NCBI GenBank assembly: GCA_041690395.1 | Contig: JAWLHJ010000004.1 | Span: 465,365-529,364 of the forward strand | DNA: 64,000 nt | Source of the DNA: Longimicrobiales bacterium | GTDB taxonomy: Bacteria > Gemmatimonadota > Gemmatimonadetes > Longimicrobiales > Gaopeijiaceae | Direction of reading: 5' to 3' | Part shown: positions 61,869 through 64,000 of the stretch, piece by piece | Layout of the letters: the number at the start of each line of letters is the position of its first letter | Numbering within the stretch: position 1 is the stretch's first letter | Made by a program: the position numbers and the translations under genes | The notes under the pieces: model-generated | Told to the model about the DNA's origin: nothing | Seen by the model: only the letters and a program-made list of their open reading frames with translations | Databases searched by the model: none

Positions 61869-64000
61869 GGGCCGCTCGGCTCCTTGAATCCGGCCACCGT
61901 GACGCCGGCCCCGCCCTCGGTCGGGCCGCCCATGCGGACGGTCCGCACCCGGCGGTCGGTGTCGAGCATCTCGCCCACCCGCTTCCGCAGGGCCCCGGTC
62001 CCCTTACCGTGGATGATCCGGAGCTCGGGGAGATCCTCGAGGATCGCCTCATCCAGAGCCCGGGCGAGCTCGATCTCGAGCTCGTGCACGCGCAGCCCGC
62101 GCAGATCCACCTCGAGCCGGGCGGCGCCCCGGTCGGGGCCGGACCAGCCCCCACCCCGGGCCGAGCCGGAGCCTGCCCCCGCCCCGTCGCTCGGTCGGCC
62201 GCGGCCCGACGAGGTCGAGCCTCCGCTTCGGCGGCCACCCGCTCCGGGTCCTCCGTCGCCCCCCTCGACCGGCTCCAGGTCCTCGAGCGACACCTCCAGC
62301 TTGACCGCGCCGGCCTCGACCACCGCCCGGTCGGCGCGAACCTCGGTCACGCGTCCTTTCGCGCCGGTCGCGCGCAGCCGCACCCGGTCGCCCCGCTCGA
62401 ACTCGATCGGCGAGCGGGGCGTGCGGCGCCCGCCGGCCTCCTCGGCATGCTCCTCCGCGCCCCTGCGAGCCCGTTCCGCCGCGTGCTCCACGCGGCTCCG
62501 CGCCCTGTGCACCGCATCGTCGAAGCCCTCGCCGCTCCCTGCCGCCCGCCTGAGCTCACGCACGGCTTCCTCCACCTCGGTCCGCGCGTCGAGGAGCAGC
62601 TTGCGCGCGTCCTCGCGTGCCTGGGCCGCGTGCGCGGCCTCGGACTCCGACAGGGCCTGCTCGCGTCCCTCGAGCTCCTCGGAGAGCCGTGCGGTGCGCG
62701 CCCGCTCCTCGTCCAACTCGCGCACGAGCCGCTCGGCCTCCGTCTCGCGGGCCTCGAGCCGCTCCAGCACCTCTTCCATGCGGGCCTCGTCGTCGTCCAC
62801 GTACGACTCCGCCCGGTCGAGCACCCCGGCCGGGAAGCCGAGCCCACGGGCGATCGCGAGCCCGTAGCTACGCCCGGGTCGGCCCTTCACAAGCCGGTAC
62901 GTCGGCTCCATCCGCTCCGCGTCGAACTGGAGCGATGCGTTCACCACCCCGCTCCCCTCCCCGTCGAGGCGCTTCAGCGCCCCCAGGTGCGACGACGCGA
63001 GCGTGAGCGCGCCTCGGGCGACGAGCTCCTCCAACATCGCCCGGGCCAGGGCCGCGCCCTCGGCCGGGTCGGTGCCGGTGCCCATTTCGTCGACGAGCAC
63101 CAGGGATCCGCCGTCCGCGCTGTCGACGATCTCGGAGAGATTCGACAGATGGGCCGAGAAGGTGGAGAGGCTCTGGGAGATCGACTGCTCGTCGCCGATG
63201 TCGGCGTAGAACGAGCCGAAGACGGGGAGTCGCGTGCCGGCGCCCACCGGCGGGATCACGCCGCTCTGGGTGAGCGCGGCCGCCAGGCCGGTCGCCTTGA
63301 GGAAGACGCTCTTCCCGCCCGTGTTCGGCCCGGACACCACGACGGCGCGCTCCTCCGGACCGAGCTCGAGGTCGTACGGCACGACCTCGCTCAACCCGTG
63401 CGTCTCGATGAGGAGCGGATGACGCGCGCCCACCAGCCGAAGCCCTTCGGACGGATCGTCGCCCAGCTCGGGCACGTCCGCGCGCCAGTCGGCGGCGGCG
63501 CGGGCCCGCGCGTGGAGCCCGTCGAAATCGGCCAGCGCCGCGAGCGCACCCCGGAGCTCGTCACGCACCGGCGCGAGCCTCGCCGTCAGCGCCGCCAGCA
63601 CCCGCCGAACCTCGCGAACCTCCTCGCGCTCCAGGTCGCGCAGCTCGTTCATGGCTTCGATCGCTTCGGGCGGTTCCACGTAGAGCGTCTGTCCCGTCTG
63701 CGACTCGTCGTGGACGATCCCGCCGACCTCACGTCGGGCCTCGCGCCGCACCGGAATCACGTACCGCCCCTCCCGGAGCGTCACGGATGCGTCGGGAACG
63801 ACGTACCGTTCGTTCAGTCCTCCGAGATACGACTCGAGCCGCTTCACCACGCGCCCGTGCGCCCCGCGCAGACGGTCGCGGATGCGACGGAGCTCCTTGG
63901 ACGCCGAGTCGAGGACGGAGCCCTCCGCGTCGACGGTGCGGTCGATCTCCCGCTCGAGCTCCTCCATGTCCACGAGCGCGTCACGCAACGGTCCGAGAGG
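61865..64000 (-). CDS. mutS2: Endonuclease MutS2 (5'-truncated by the window edge)
   Basis: SGPNTGGKS, DIGDEQSI, DEMGTGTDP, C-terminal Smr domain IIHGKGTG. Confidence 0.95.
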   Translation of the reverse strand, partial: PLGPLRDALVDMEELEREIDRTVDAEGSVLDSASKELRRIRDRLRGAHGRVVKRLESYLGGLNERYVVPDASVTLREGRYVIPVRREARREVGGIVHDESQTGQTLYVEPPEAIEAMNELRDLEREEVREVRRVLAALTARLAPVRDELRGALAALADFDGLHARARAAADWRADVPELGDDPSEGLRLVGARHPLLIETHGLSEVVPYDLELGPEERAVVVSGPNTGGKSVFLKATGLAAALTQSGVIPPVGAGTRLPVFGSFYADIGDEQSISQSLSTFSAHLSNLSEIVDSADGGSLVLVDEMGTGTDPAEGAALARAMLEELVARGALTLASSHLGALKRLDGEGSGVVNASLQFDAERMEPTYRLVKGRPGRSYGLAIARGLGFPAGVLDRAESYVDDDEARMEEVLERLEARETEAERLVRELDEERARTARLSEELEGREQALSESEAAHAAQAREDARKLLLDARTEVEEAVRELRRAAGSGEGFDDAVHRARSRVEHAAERARRGAEEHAEEAGGRRTPRSPIEFERGDRVRLRATGAKGRVTEVRADRAVVEAGAVKLEVSLEDLEPVEGGDGGPGAGGRRSGGSTSSGRGRPSDGAGAGSGSARGGGWSGPDRGAARLEVDLRGLRVHELEIELARALDEAILEDLPELRIIHGKGTGALRKRVGEMLDTDRRVRTVRMGGPTEGGAGVTVAGFKEPSGP

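Overview
GC-rich bacterial chromosome segment, mostly on the minus strand. The gene content (PadR plus duplicated orphan permease, DUF4388, Minf_1886-like, CdaA and DivIVA alongside TonB/ExbBD) suggests Gemmatimonadota, which is an inference. It is mostly housekeeping: mutS2-dnaG-Zn ribbon-recJ-rsmD-coaD-pta; rsbV/W/U-rsmA; rex-exonuclease-MBL; thiolase-bioY-CPBP-hbd-ACAD-LeuDH-glyA; nnr-thiL-plsC-eno-ftsB; tRNA-Met; glpQ-tilS-hpt-ftsH-cdaA; exbB-exbD-exbD-tonB; yggS-divIVA-ileS-rluD; and the 3' part of a formate dehydrogenase. An accessory stretch (about 22-31.7 kb) holds LemA/M48, a GT-C glycosyltransferase, a DUF442-like lipoprotein, SulP and a cytochrome c lipoprotein. The best candidate for an undescribed system is the cluster at 1.6-7.9 kb. 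It encodes a DnaA-like protein with two tandem AAA+ domains and no DNA-binding domain, a DUF4388-TPR protein with a tandem MshEN-type c-di-GMP motif, and a membrane HEXXH peptidase (these three are translationally coupled), followed by an orphan sigma54 activator with an acidic, degenerate HTH. Other signals are a perfect Rex operator over the rex promoter, a GIHH-type IleRS2 and a probable SECIS remnant at the window start. No integrase, transposase, CRISPR array or rRNA was seen. All family assignments come from motif recognition by eye, not from database searches.
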